A stretch of 64,000 bases of DNA from a virus (lineage: Duplodnaviria; Caudoviricetes). A program made the translations under genes and the position numbers. The stretch is taken from the IMG/VR virus record IMGVR_UViG_3300013999_000001, positions 21,804 through 85,803 of that record. One strand, 5' to 3'. A model generated the notes under the pieces. That model was not told the DNA's origin, did not search any database, and saw nothing but the letters and a program-made list of their open reading frames with translations. This document shows, in pieces, positions 18,378-27,756 of the stretch. Every line of letters starts with the position of its first letter. Position 1 is the first letter of the stretch.

Positions 18378-19897
18378 TGGCATCCGGCAAGAAGAAGATT
18401 AAGTGCGTTACCACGGACCCGCGCTGGCGCGACATGGTTATTCGCTACCGGTACGACTGGGGGCTGGCCGTGGTCGAGCTGTTTGGCATGGAGCCGAGCT
18501 GGCAGCAGGACGAGATTTTGGAGTCCGTACAGCAAATAGGCAGCAGGACCACCGTCACTTCCGGCCACGGCACCGGCAAATCATCGCTGACGGCCATGAT
18601 GCTGATGATCTACATCATCCTTTACCCGGATGCGCGTGTCGTAATTGTCGCTAACAAAATTTCGCAGGTGAAATCGGGCGTATTCAAGTACGTAAAACAG
18701 TTTTGGGGTAACGCCATAAAGCGCCATCCGTGGCTGCAAAATCACTTTGTTCTGACAGATACGATGTTTTATGAGCGTAGTCGCAAAGGCATCTGGGAAG
18801 TGCTCTGTAAGGGCTATCGTCTGGGTAACGAAGAATCACTCGCAGGGGAACACGCTAAACATCTTCTGCTGATCCTTGATGAGGCTTCCGGTATCAGTGA
18901 CAAGGCAATCGGCATCATGACCGGCGCACTGACCGAATCTGATAACCGTATGCTGATGCTGAGCCAGCCAACCCGGCCAAGCGGCTATTTCTACGACTCA
19001 CATCATGGGATGGCAAAAAGCCCGGATAACCCTAACGGCATCTGGAACAGCATTGTACTGAACTCAGAAGAATCGCCGTTCGTTACCCTGGACTTCATCA
19101 TCATGAAGCTGGCCGAGTATGGCGGGCGCGACAGCATCGAGTACATGGTGAAGGTGCTGGGACAGTTTCCTAGTGAGATTAACGGCTTCCTGCTGGGGCG
19201 TGACGCCTGCGAGCGTGCGCAGCGGCGCAAGGTGTATCTGGAGAAGGGCTGGGGCTGGGTGGCAACAGCGGACGTGGGGAACGGGCGTGATAAGTCGATT
19301 CTCAATATCTGCCGGGTGAGCGGTTATCGTGAGAAGCGCCGCGTTGTACCGTTCAGTGTAAAAGAAATGCCTGGCAACATGAACCCTACGGCCTTCGGTG
19401 ACTACATCGCCAACGAGTGTATGTCCGGCCAGTTCCCGAACATCACGATCGCCGTCGATGGTGATGGCGTGGGATCGGCCACTGCGGACCAGCTGGAGCG
19501 GCGCGGCGTTAACGTGACCCGCATACGCTGGGGCAGCACCAAGCGGCTATTTTCCCGGCACGATAAGGAGCGTTTTGTCAGTCAGCGCGCGTGGGCGAAC
19601 TTTGCGGCGCGTGATGCCATCCTGTCCGGGCGTATGCGTCTGGATAACTCAAAGAAAACGGTGGAGGAAGCCTCCAAGATCCCCTGGCAGCTGATGGAGG
19701 ACGGGCGCGTTGCGATGATGAAAAAGGAGTACATGCGCCAGAAGCTGAATATCAAATCCCCCGACCGATGGGACACATATTGTTTCCAAATGATTGCAGA
19801 CTATCGGGCGGCAGACGATGAAACCGGGCAGGAAATGGGCGAAAAACGCGCTGATGCGCTGGCTGAGCTGGAACAATTCGACGATCTGATAGATTAA
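18377..19897 (+). CDS. pacB: Terminase large subunit PacB
   Basis: SGHGTGKS Walker A, ILDEASG Walker B, RNaseH-like ADVG...DGDG...SPDRWD. Confidence 0.92.
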   Translation: MASGKKKIKCVTTDPRWRDMVIRYRYDWGLAVVELFGMEPSWQQDEILESVQQIGSRTTVTSGHGTGKSSLTAMMLMIYIILYPDARVVIVANKISQVKSGVFKYVKQFWGNAIKRHPWLQNHFVLTDTMFYERSRKGIWEVLCKGYRLGNEESLAGEHAKHLLLILDEASGISDKAIGIMTGALTESDNRMLMLSQPTRPSGYFYDSHHGMAKSPDNPNGIWNSIVLNSEESPFVTLDFIIMKLAEYGGRDSIEYMVKVLGQFPSEINGFLLGRDACERAQRRKVYLEKGWGWVATADVGNGRDKSILNICRVSGYREKRRVVPFSVKEMPGNMNPTAFGDYIANECMSGQFPNITIAVDGDGVGSATADQLERRGVNVTRIRWGSTKRLFSRHDKERFVSQRAWANFAARDAILSGRMRLDNSKKTVEEASKIPWQLMEDGRVAMMKKEYMRQKLNIKSPDRWDTYCFQMIADYRAADDETGQEMGEKRADALAELEQFDDLID

Positions 19898-19926
19898 GGG
19901 CGGGGGCTACCAGCCCCCGTCTCATG

Positions 19927-20961
19927 TTAATCGCGTTGCACCAGTTCTTTGAACTTCTTCCCTCGTCGCGGCTTTGAATCGCCGTACTTTCCCCGCAGCT
20001 CAGTAATCTTAAGTACAGTCAGATCGTCAGAAGAAATTTTCCTTTCTAACAATTCGAGATCCTTCTCATTCAGGTGAATCATATTCTGCCGGTCTTGCTC
20101 TATTTTCAGGGCAACTGCGGTCGCGTTGCCTTCTGCCTGAGCTCGCGCCATTCGGCTGGTGGCCCGACGTTCAAAGTTATATCGCCGAGTATGTATTGCT
20201 TGCTCAACTACGGCGCGTTGTTGTGATTTTTTATCAGCAATATTGATATCTTCAATATCGTATAGTTTACTTCCAGGGAATAACGAGCACTGGACCGGGC
20301 TTATATAATCATACTTACCTGCATATTCTAATACCGGCTTATCCTGAATAATTATATTGTCTTTCGTCCAGCCCGGATGATAAACAAACGCACCGTGCGC
20401 GCCATAGCGAACTTTCTGTGACTCTGTTTCACCTTTAAATGTAATTTCGGCTATGGTGTCCTCATATCCCTCTGTTCTGCAACGGAATATGCGGCCTTCC
20501 GGCATGGCTTCAAACCAGTCGGATTCCTTCTTGAGTGCATTTATGCTGGCAGCACTGAAAGGTATTTTCTTTAATTTAACTCTCTGTTTTTCATATCGCT
20601 GTAATATATCTTCACGCGTCATGTTTGTCGTGGTGGTTGCATTAAATACGGTTAATGAAAAGCGAACAGGCTCAATAACCATTAATGGCACTGGTGAATA
20701 AAGTGCTGCGGCTATAGCAATGCTTTTTCTTTTCCGACGCTCGTCGGCAAACTCTGCAAATTTCTTCCATTTAATATGCAGCTCTAATGCTTTATTAAAC
20801 ACTGTTGCGCTACTTGAAAAAGCGACAGGACGGATCGGCTCATCGCGTGAGTTTCGGCTGTGATGTACAGCAAGGGAGTTTACCAGTTCCAGCCAGCTGG
20901 CTTTTACTTTCAGAAACTCCTTGTAATGCTGCTCGAAGATAGCGTCGTCAAAAACTGGCAT
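19927..20961 (-). CDS. c1: C1-like primary repressor
   Basis: PIRPV, LYSPVP, FRCRTEGYEDT and YDYISPVQC segments align with recalled P1 C1; convergent with pacB as in P1. Confidence 0.75.
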   Translation of the reverse strand: MPVFDDAIFEQHYKEFLKVKASWLELVNSLAVHHSRNSRDEPIRPVAFSSSATVFNKALELHIKWKKFAEFADERRKRKSIAIAAALYSPVPLMVIEPVRFSLTVFNATTTTNMTREDILQRYEKQRVKLKKIPFSAASINALKKESDWFEAMPEGRIFRCRTEGYEDTIAEITFKGETESQKVRYGAHGAFVYHPGWTKDNIIIQDKPVLEYAGKYDYISPVQCSLFPGSKLYDIEDINIADKKSQQRAVVEQAIHTRRYNFERRATSRMARAQAEGNATAVALKIEQDRQNMIHLNEKDLELLERKISSDDLTVLKITELRGKYGDSKPRRGKKFKELVQRD

Positions 20962-21204
20962 CGTAGACTCCTCAATTGGCGGTGTATGGCAACCTACTTA
21001 ACCCTTAGAATTTTAGGTAAGAAATGAAGGTTGTCTGCATCGCTCTTGTATTCGTTTTGCCTGGCAGAGTGATCAGCGATCACTGGGTCCGTCCGGGCGT
21101 AGACGTATGGTACACGCTTTTGAAGGATAGCTATATATTCAAAAGCCTTTAGCAACTCTTGTCACGTAAACGCACTCATGTTTAGGACAATTCATATAAA
21201 AAGG

Positions 21205-21236
21205 TTACTATAGATAATAGGCATTATCTATAGCTA
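21205..21236. other. rox/lox-like recombination site TTACTATAGATAAT-AGGC-ATTATCTATAGCTA
   Basis: 14+4+14 inverted repeat ~120 bp upstream of the recombinase; 11/14 identity per arm to D6 rox. Confidence 0.8.
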
Positions 21237-21354
21237 TACGGTATGATTGCCCATGAAGTGATCATTTTTACGCTACGTGAAAATTTTAGCCCTGTAGCAC
21301 TGCGGAAAGCTCAGATTTCACGTAGCGCGCCATTTCTTAGAATTAGGGTGATTT

Positions 21355-22383
21355 ATGGATGAGATAACACTTTTTGATGGTGGCGGCGCAGAGTTGCCCG
21401 CCCTGACCGGGTTGACGGCGGCAGAGGTGGAAAAAAACCTTCGCGCCTTTATGACTGACCGCGAGGCGTACTCAGATAACACGTTTAAGAAGTTGATGGT
21501 TGTGATCCGGTCGTGGTCCACCTGGTGCGCGCAAAAAGGTATTCCGCCGCTGCCGGTGCTGCCGGGTGATGCCCGGTCATACTTTTTAGAACTGTATGAA
21601 GCCGGTTCGGCCTCCAGCTCTATCGACAACCATTACGCCATGCTTAATATGCTGCTGCGTATCTCCGGCCTGCCGGACTTGAAAAACAGTAATGAGGTTA
21701 AGCTGGCGTTGAAGAAAATCCGCCGCCTGTCGGTTATGGATGGCGAGAAAACCGGCCAGGCGGTGCCGTTCCGCTACACGGACTTGCAGATCGCCTGCCA
21801 TCTACTGAGCCAGTCGGATCGGCCTGCGGACCTTCGCAACCGGGCGTTCCTGATGGTGGCCTACAATACGCTGCTGCGCGTCCAGGAGATCGCCCGTATA
21901 AAGGTGCGCGATATGAGCATTAATGATGGCCGTGTGGTGCTGGACCTGACGCATACCAAAACCCAGATGACGGCGGCGGGCGTGGTTAAACACCTTAGCC
22001 AGCCCACCAGCCGGGTACTACTGGAATGGCTGCGAGTATCCGGGCTGAATGAACACCCTGAATCGGTCATCTTCTCTTCCGTTCGCCGTAACGGTAAAGC
22101 GACGGTGACGGAAAAGCCCATGACGACACCAGCTCTGGAAAAAATATTCCAGGATGTCTGGCGCATGATGGGTAAAGACGATGAACCGGCCAACAAGGGC
22201 CGCTACAAAACGTGGTCCGGGCATAGCGCCCGTGTCGGTGCTGCTCAGGATATGGCAGATCGTGACGTGAGCATGACTCAGATCATGCATGAAGGCACCT
22301 GGTCAAAGCCGGAAACCGTGATGCGTTACCTGCGCAAGCTGAAAAACCGAAACAGCGCAATGTCTGACATCATGGAAAAGTAG
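21355..22383 (+). CDS. cre: Tyrosine recombinase, Dre/Cre family
   Basis: 342 aa; catalytic R (NTLLR), K (HTKT), HxxR (GHSAR), W (GTW), Y (MRY); closer to recalled Dre than to Cre. Confidence 0.93.
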   Translation: MDEITLFDGGGAELPALTGLTAAEVEKNLRAFMTDREAYSDNTFKKLMVVIRSWSTWCAQKGIPPLPVLPGDARSYFLELYEAGSASSSIDNHYAMLNMLLRISGLPDLKNSNEVKLALKKIRRLSVMDGEKTGQAVPFRYTDLQIACHLLSQSDRPADLRNRAFLMVAYNTLLRVQEIARIKVRDMSINDGRVVLDLTHTKTQMTAAGVVKHLSQPTSRVLLEWLRVSGLNEHPESVIFSSVRRNGKATVTEKPMTTPALEKIFQDVWRMMGKDDEPANKGRYKTWSGHSARVGAAQDMADRDVSMTQIMHEGTWSKPETVMRYLRKLKNRNSAMSDIMEK

Positions 22384-22462
22384 TTATAACCATAATTCTA
22401 AGGCTTTTTTATTTGAAACCGCAGTGATGATGAGTCAGAATCGACCAAACTAGGGAGGCGCT

Positions 22463-22783
22463 ATGTCCGGTTCGGTTCTGACTCACCAGCGATTTATCGT
22501 TGAAGGCCACAAAATCACCTTTGCTGCCGGTATTAAACGCGGCAAGGCGATTGTTGCTTTCAGTATCAGCACCCCATCTGACGTTGTTCCCCTCCTGACA
22601 CTCGTAAAGGAATACCCCAGCCAGCAGGCCGCGTGTCTGTATGTCGATCAGGTATCCGAAACCGCCGCACAAAAGCTACTGGAATACTACCGCCGCGAGC
22701 ATATGGCCGTGGTTACGCTGGTAGACGCCGCATTCAGTGGCCTTGCTCGCCCGGATTACGGCCAGCGGCATAAAAAGAGGTAA
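22463..22783 (+). CDS. Hypothetical protein
   Basis: 106 aa, GGAGG RBS, operator-like motif upstream. Confidence 0.65.
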   Translation: MSGSVLTHQRFIVEGHKITFAAGIKRGKAIVAFSISTPSDVVPLLTLVKEYPSQQAACLYVDQVSETAAQKLLEYYRREHMAVVTLVDAAFSGLARPDYGQRHKKR

Positions 22784-22787
22784 AAAC

Positions 22788-23246
22788 GTGTCACTGACCA
22801 GCAATATGAGCCGTCTCTTTGTCGCCGTCGCCAGCGCCCACGACGTTCAAAATCCTATCGGCACCTATTCCAACGGCTCTTACGTCGATTCCTCGCGCGG
22901 CGTCTACTTCGGGCCGGATATCTTTCAGCATGCCAGGACAGTGGCGCAGCTGGTTAAGCGCGGCGTGATTGAGTACAGCCGGGATGCTGAGTACGGCGAG
23001 GTCATCCGCTTTGACGATCGGCGGGATGTACTGGCCGAGTTCGCCAGAGGCGTGATTGATGCCGAGGACGGCGTATGCGAAGAGGATGGACTGAGTGACG
23101 CTTCCATGCCGCTGGCCTATCTGAGCGGGCTGAAATTCGCGCGTATGCGCATGAAGCATGGCGGGATGTCGTTTCGTCTGGATCAGGGCCGGGTGTGTCA
23201 CGGCATGATATGCGTCGATACGGGCGAGCGATGGACTCAAGACTGA
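22788..23246 (+). CDS. Hypothetical protein
   Basis: GAGG RBS plus GTG at 22788. Confidence 0.6.
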   Translation: MSLTSNMSRLFVAVASAHDVQNPIGTYSNGSYVDSSRGVYFGPDIFQHARTVAQLVKRGVIEYSRDAEYGEVIRFDDRRDVLAEFARGVIDAEDGVCEEDGLSDASMPLAYLSGLKFARMRMKHGGMSFRLDQGRVCHGMICVDTGERWTQD

Positions 23247-23326
23247 TGAAGAATAAGGGGGCAGCTTATGCCACCCCCCTACTCAGTGCGATTGGCTCTC
23301 TGAAAAGCCACTGACAGGATAGCAAA

Positions 23327-23794
23327 TTGAAGAACATCTTCCCACACCTACAGATATACGCGGCCCTGAATCCCCAGGAGACGGCGCAAATCGTTGATCT
23401 CTTTCTGGCACATCCCAAGCGAGGGTTTACCCGCCGCATGCTTACCCCCCTGCTGCCTGGCATAAGCACTCATTGTATCCGTAAGGGGCTGGAGGAGCTG
23501 CTGGAGAACGAGATTTTGTCGCTCTGCGGCGATTACTACCGGCTGCGCATCAAACCGGCCACTATCGCGCAGATGGTGCCAGTGAGATTGAGCAAGGTAG
23601 AGATCAAGATTATGCACCAGCTCAACAAGCGCCAACAGATAACGGCCAGTGATGTGGACGTGGAGCGCAGTGTGTTTTTAACGGCAGCACGACGTCTTTT
23701 GGCGCGCGGTCTGCTTGAAACGTTCGAATGCAAGCCAAAATTGGCGGTCCGCCGCTACTACAAATTCAAACGCCAGGAGGCGAAGATCCAATGA
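23327..23794 (+). CDS. Putative tandem winged-helix protein
   Basis: 155 aa; two wHTH-like segments. Confidence 0.5.
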   Translation: MKNIFPHLQIYAALNPQETAQIVDLFLAHPKRGFTRRMLTPLLPGISTHCIRKGLEELLENEILSLCGDYYRLRIKPATIAQMVPVRLSKVEIKIMHQLNKRQQITASDVDVERSVFLTAARRLLARGLLETFECKPKLAVRRYYKFKRQEAKIQ

Positions 23795-24276
23795 CGAATC
23801 TGAATGTAACCCTGCTTCATGAAAAAGCCTGCCTGCCGGATATGGCTGGCCCTGCCGTTGCGCTGCGTGTACTCGATGCGCGTCTTGAGTCCACACTGAT
23901 ACCTGGCGAAAAGCCAGCCCAGGCATACTGGATTCATACCGGCCTGGCCTTTGCCGTGCCGGACGGCCATGTACTGAAAATTTACCCGGCCCCAGAGCTG
24001 GCACAGCGCCACCTTGCCCGTCTTGCGGAATGTGTAGCGGTTGTACTGCCAGGTGATGACAGTGAAGTTAAGCTGCGCCTGGTGGTGGATCGTGGCGGCA
24101 AAGCATTTGAGCCATCGCCGGACATGGTTGTCGCATATGGTCTGCTGGAGGCGGTGGTCACTCCGGTGCTGATGGCCGTGGATCAGGGTTCCCCGGAAGG
24201 GGATAAAACCGTTGTGCCGGCGTCGGAAAATCTCGCGCCTGCGAAGGACACTCAGCGCTCTAAAAAGGGCAAGTGA
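23791..24276 (+). CDS. dUTPase-like protein with degenerate catalytic motifs
   Basis: LLHEKACLP and IHTGLAFAVPDGHVLKIYP give a dUTPase beta-fold pattern; motifs II, III and V lost. Confidence 0.65.
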   Translation: MTNLNVTLLHEKACLPDMAGPAVALRVLDARLESTLIPGEKPAQAYWIHTGLAFAVPDGHVLKIYPAPELAQRHLARLAECVAVVLPGDDSEVKLRLVVDRGGKAFEPSPDMVVAYGLLEAVVTPVLMAVDQGSPEGDKTVVPASENLAPAKDTQRSKKGK

Positions 24277-24956
24277 TGCGGTATCAAATCTGCGAAGGCA
24301 TGAGCGTGTCCACCAGCCCGGATAACCGGCTGGAACAACCTGACATTGATCGGGCGCTGCTGGCGCTGACTGGTTTCAAGCCAACACTGGTAAGTGGTCG
24401 CATGGCATGGACGCGCGGCGTAGTGCGTTACTGGTTGCCGGATGAAGCCGACAGCGAAGCGGATATTGAGGCGCTGTCAGCTGATCTGAATGCACGTCCG
24501 CTTTCACCGGCACTGGACATGGAGTTTGCTCAGATGCTGCTGCGCATCACGCCGATGGTAATCACACCGGTTGTGACGCTCAAGGGTCAGCTGGTGGGAG
24601 AATGGCATGTGGAGAACAATCCCATACCTGCGACCGGCGACGTTATGACGAACGGCCATCAACTGCACAGTTACCGTCACGCGGCTCTGCCGGTTGCCAT
24701 AGCTATGGTATTCCTACAAACGCAGGGTATCGGCCAGCAGGCGTGGATCTACATCGGTGAACGGGAAACCGACGAGCCGGAGCTGCACTACGTTATGCCA
24801 ACCGACGATGTGACGGAGAAACTTAATGGGGTGGAAACGTTCATCCGGGCGGATACGCTAGACCAGTTCGCGGCTACTGGCGTCCCGTCTCATGTACTGG
24901 CTGATGAGTTTGAAAAGGCCAGGCTAAAGCGGGTAATCGCCACGGTAACAGCCTGA
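24273..24956 (+). CDS. Hypothetical protein
   Basis: 227 aa, coupled to the upstream gene. Confidence 0.65.
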   Translation: MMRYQICEGMSVSTSPDNRLEQPDIDRALLALTGFKPTLVSGRMAWTRGVVRYWLPDEADSEADIEALSADLNARPLSPALDMEFAQMLLRITPMVITPVVTLKGQLVGEWHVENNPIPATGDVMTNGHQLHSYRHAALPVAIAMVFLQTQGIGQQAWIYIGERETDEPELHYVMPTDDVTEKLNGVETFIRADTLDQFAATGVPSHVLADEFEKARLKRVIATVTA

Positions 24957-24960
24957 AACA

Positions 24961-24985
24961 GGCCCCGATAAGGGGCCTTTTTTCT
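24961..24985 (+). terminator. Intrinsic terminator
   Basis: GGCCCC-GATAA-GGGGCC followed by a T-run. Confidence 0.7.
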
Positions 24986-24987
24986 CA

Positions 24988-25407
24988 CTACCCTGCGGCC
25001 TCTTCCTGCAAAATTTCCAGCATGGACTGGCCGGGATCTCCTGCGGTCGTGTTTGTTGGCTGCACGCACATTTCCACCTGAATTTTACGCTTCGGGCGGC
25101 TATCAGCATCTACCCATTGGTGCGCCAGGGCAGGCACAGCGGCTTCGGTCAAAATATGCAGTTCGTAGTTGGTGCGCGATCCACCAGCGGGAGCATACTC
25201 AGAGAAGGCGATAACTGGCGTCTGCTGGGTTTGCTTTATCCGATAATCATCCATTTTGGTGCCGTTCAGCGTAACGGCGGAAATGTCGTGGTATGCGATT
25301 ACTTTAAACTGACCGCATGTGTAGAGCGTTGCGGGATGGCTGGCGGCGTGTGCGGCCAAAGGGGAGCAAAGGAGGGCCAGAGCGGCCAAAACCTTTTTAT
25401 GTCTCAT
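24988..25407 (-). CDS. Putative secreted/periplasmic protein
   Basis: Signal peptide MRHKKVLAALALLCSPLAAHA. Confidence 0.6.
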   Translation of the reverse strand: MRHKKVLAALALLCSPLAAHAASHPATLYTCGQFKVIAYHDISAVTLNGTKMDDYRIKQTQQTPVIAFSEYAPAGGSRTNYELHILTEAAVPALAHQWVDADSRPKRKIQVEMCVQPTNTTAGDPGQSMLEILQEEAAG

Positions 25408-25555
25408 TGGGTGTCCTTACAGATTATCAGGGCTACAAAGCTACCTGAGTGACACCAATAAGATCAATAATCTGCGTCAATATCTTGCATGGCTGAGACG
25501 CTAACAGCAACGACAAAGGCTATCACGGCCACGACAGCGCCGATAAGCCACCACA

Positions 25556-25834
25556 TTAGCGGTCGCCCCGGATGAACCGCCATGCATGGGATGCTGCGCG
25601 CAGCGGCCACGTTAAAACAATTAAGGTGATAAATACGGCCCCGGCAGATGCCGTAAGAAATGCGGCCACCAGCGTAAACAATAGCTGGGCTGCTGGTGGG
25701 AGGCGACGAGCCTTATTCAGGAGGGCAGTGTAATCATTAACATACTTTCCCAGCCTGCTATTAAGGCCGATCACCTCGACAATCAGCATAGCCGCGCCAA
25801 GCGCAATATAGAGCTGCCAGAAAATCTCTTTCAC
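25556..25834 (-). CDS. Small two-TM membrane protein
   Basis: Two hydrophobic stretches; operator-like motif at 25878. Confidence 0.6.
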   Translation of the reverse strand: MKEIFWQLYIALGAAMLIVEVIGLNSRLGKYVNDYTALLNKARRLPPAAQLLFTLVAAFLTASAGAVFITLIVLTWPLRAASHAWRFIRGDR

Positions 25835-25965
25835 GTTATCCCCTTCTGCTTAACCGAGGGGATATGATAATCACTTAAATTCTAACGGTGAATGATATTT
25901 CAATATTTTATTTCAAATAAAAACCCCGAGAGCGCGGGGTACGTTTATGGCCGGAGCCGGTGCAA

Positions 25966-26247
25966 TCAGGCCCAGAATGGATCTCGCAACCAGGCAGCAA
26001 TCACTTTCCGGTGCGGCTCGTCCAACACGCTCGCCGCCTCGATAAGATTGAATTCGCCGTTCTTATGAAGCCAGATCGCCATAAAGAACTTCGCCATAAC
26101 CTTCTCACCGTGGCTCATGCCTTCCATATCCTCGCGCAGCTCCTGAACACGGCATTCACGCGCCGACCTGTCCCAAAAGCCGGAGATCGCCGGGTACAGC
26201 GCCAGTAGCTCGAAAAACCGTGTTTGACTCTCACTTTCCATTTTCAT
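25966..26247 (-). CDS. Hypothetical protein
   Basis: 93 aa downstream of higA. Confidence 0.6.
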   Translation of the reverse strand: MKMESESQTRFFELLALYPAISGFWDRSARECRVQELREDMEGMSHGEKVMAKFFMAIWLHKNGEFNLIEAASVLDEPHRKVIAAWLRDPFWA

Positions 26248-26272
26248 GCTTCCTGTTAGTTAAATTTCGCGT

Positions 26273-26686
26273 CTATACAAATAGCGCGGGCGAGATACCA
26301 AAGCGTGCTGACAGCTTACGGACGTGATCCAGCGTCAGCGAGCGCTTACCGCTAAGAATGAGGCTCACCATAGATTTCTTGCCGATCTCGTTCTCAAAGT
26401 CAGAGAGGGTCAGTTTGTGCTGGTCAATCAGCACCCGCAGCATTGCTACGCCGCCGTCCATTGCCTCCAGTTCTTCATGAAGCGCGATTATTTCCGGCAG
26501 CGTGCTTTCGTATGCTGTAATGCGGGCGCACAAGATATCCATCAGCGGGTTATCTTCATCGTGATCGAGTAAATACTCCACCAGCTCCAGCGCGTTATGA
26601 TAATCGCGCTCAGAGACGTTATTCCCTACCAGGGGTATGACCTTCGCCAGCTCGGTGGCGGCGTGAATTGCTTCGTGGTTAATCAT
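26273..26686 (-). CDS. higA: HigA antitoxin (C-terminal HTH_3)
   Basis: SMVSLILSGKRSLTLDHVRKLSARFGISPALF. Confidence 0.9.
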   Translation of the reverse strand: MINHEAIHAATELAKVIPLVGNNVSERDYHNALELVEYLLDHDEDNPLMDILCARITAYESTLPEIIALHEELEAMDGGVAMLRVLIDQHKLTLSDFENEIGKKSMVSLILSGKRSLTLDHVRKLSARFGISPALFV

Positions 26687-26994
26687 TCTTTGTTCTCCCG
26701 ATAAAACTTCACCAGCTTGTCATATTCAGCGTGGGTGACGATGTGCTTTACAAATACCCGACCGTTCACAAAATTGACGTGAAACATGAATCTCAGGTTA
26801 TTTCCGCCAACGTCCAGCACGTACCACTTATCCCTGTATTTCATCCTGTCCAGACTTGGAAACGCCTTACGCATTTCTTCTGGTGATCGGAAGCGTGCTT
26901 TTTTGAGTATATAAAGCGTGCTTTTCAGTGCCAGCGCATCATTCGGGTAACGCTCTGCGGCCTCTTCAAAAGCTTTTTCCGTGATTATGTGCAT
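26683..26994 (-). CDS. higB: HigB (RelE-family) toxin
   Basis: MHIITEK, VLDVGGNNLR and KHIVTHAEYDK; toxin-first order. Confidence 0.9.
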   Translation of the reverse strand: MHIITEKAFEEAAERYPNDALALKSTLYILKKARFRSPEEMRKAFPSLDRMKYRDKWYVLDVGGNNLRFMFHVNFVNGRVFVKHIVTHAEYDKLVKFYRENKE

Positions 26995-27017
26995 TTCTTC
27001 CCCGGACGTTTACTAAC

Positions 27018-27052
27018 TGCAAACAATATAAAGCAATCCGGGAATGTTTGCA
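27018..27052 (-). promoter_or_regulatory. higBA promoter/operator
   Basis: Inverted repeat TGCAAACAT (27018-26)/ATGTTTGCA (27043-51) overlapping a TTGCAA -35. Confidence 0.55.
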
Positions 27053-27062
27053 ATCAGCAAAC

Positions 27063-27087
27063 AAAAACCCAGCACAGTGGCTGGGTT
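27063..27087 (-). terminator. Terminator ending the leftward early operon
   Basis: AACCCAGC/GCTGGGTT stem with an A-run on the + strand. Confidence 0.6.
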
Positions 27088-27182
27088 CGTTACTCTTAAG
27101 CCCCATGACAGGGGGATTTATTACTGCTCAGATTTCACTTTCAGTGTCGCAGCTGCTTCGCGGCCTGCGTCGGTTAAACGGG

Positions 27183-27581
27183 TCATTCACTTTCCTCATC
27201 TTCACCAATAGCGTCAGCGATAATCTTCTCAACCAGCATACGGTAAGCATACTGAGCACGGACAGCTTCCGGGGTGCGCCATTTCTCAACCTCAGGCAGC
27301 TTGATAGCGGACATATCGACCATGTAGCTGCGGTCAATCGGTGCGGCCTGCTCTATCACCTCAGCTGGTACGCCACCAGCCAGCACGTTTTCGGCCCAGT
27401 CCCTATCAAAGCCCGGCATCACCGGCAACATTGCGACGATTTCAGTTGGGATCGCGTCGATGTAGTCCAGCGCGGCGCGGGCCACTTCTCCAAACTCTTT
27501 CAAGTTACGGATTTGTTCGGGTGTTACCTTGCTCATTTTTGGCTTCCTGCTCGTCGGCATATTTCTCAAGTGCGTTATCAA
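27183..27581 (-). CDS. Hypothetical protein
   Basis: ORF in the leftward operon; true start may be ~30-50 nt downstream. Confidence 0.55.
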   Translation of the reverse strand: MITHLRNMPTSRKPKMSKVTPEQIRNLKEFGEVARAALDYIDAIPTEIVAMLPVMPGFDRDWAENVLAGGVPAEVIEQAAPIDRSYMVDMSAIKLPEVEKWRTPEAVRAQYAYRMLVEKIIADAIGEDEESE

Positions 27582-27753
27582 CCCATTCAGAGAGTTTTAA
27601 GCCTCGCTCATTTGCCAGGCGGATATAGCGAACCTTCTTTTCGGGGGTAGTGCGCGAGTGAATAACAGTTTCGCGGCGCACTTCTTTGGCGGCGTTCTGG
27701 TTGCCGCGCAGCCCCTGATAAAGCTCGTCAGGGGCAACCTTAGATTTTTTCAA
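27505..27753 (-). CDS. Ribbon-helix-helix-like small regulator
   Basis: ETVIHSRTTPEKKVRYIRLANERGLKLSEWVDNALE. Confidence 0.55.
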   Translation of the reverse strand: MKKSKVAPDELYQGLRGNQNAAKEVRRETVIHSRTTPEKKVRYIRLANERGLKLSEWVDNALEKYADEQEAKNEQGNTRTNP

Positions 27754-27756
27754 TCT

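Noticed and set aside
21070-21265. TGATCA hexamers near the recombinase gene as pac
   Set aside because: Sparse and unphased compared with the cluster at pacA
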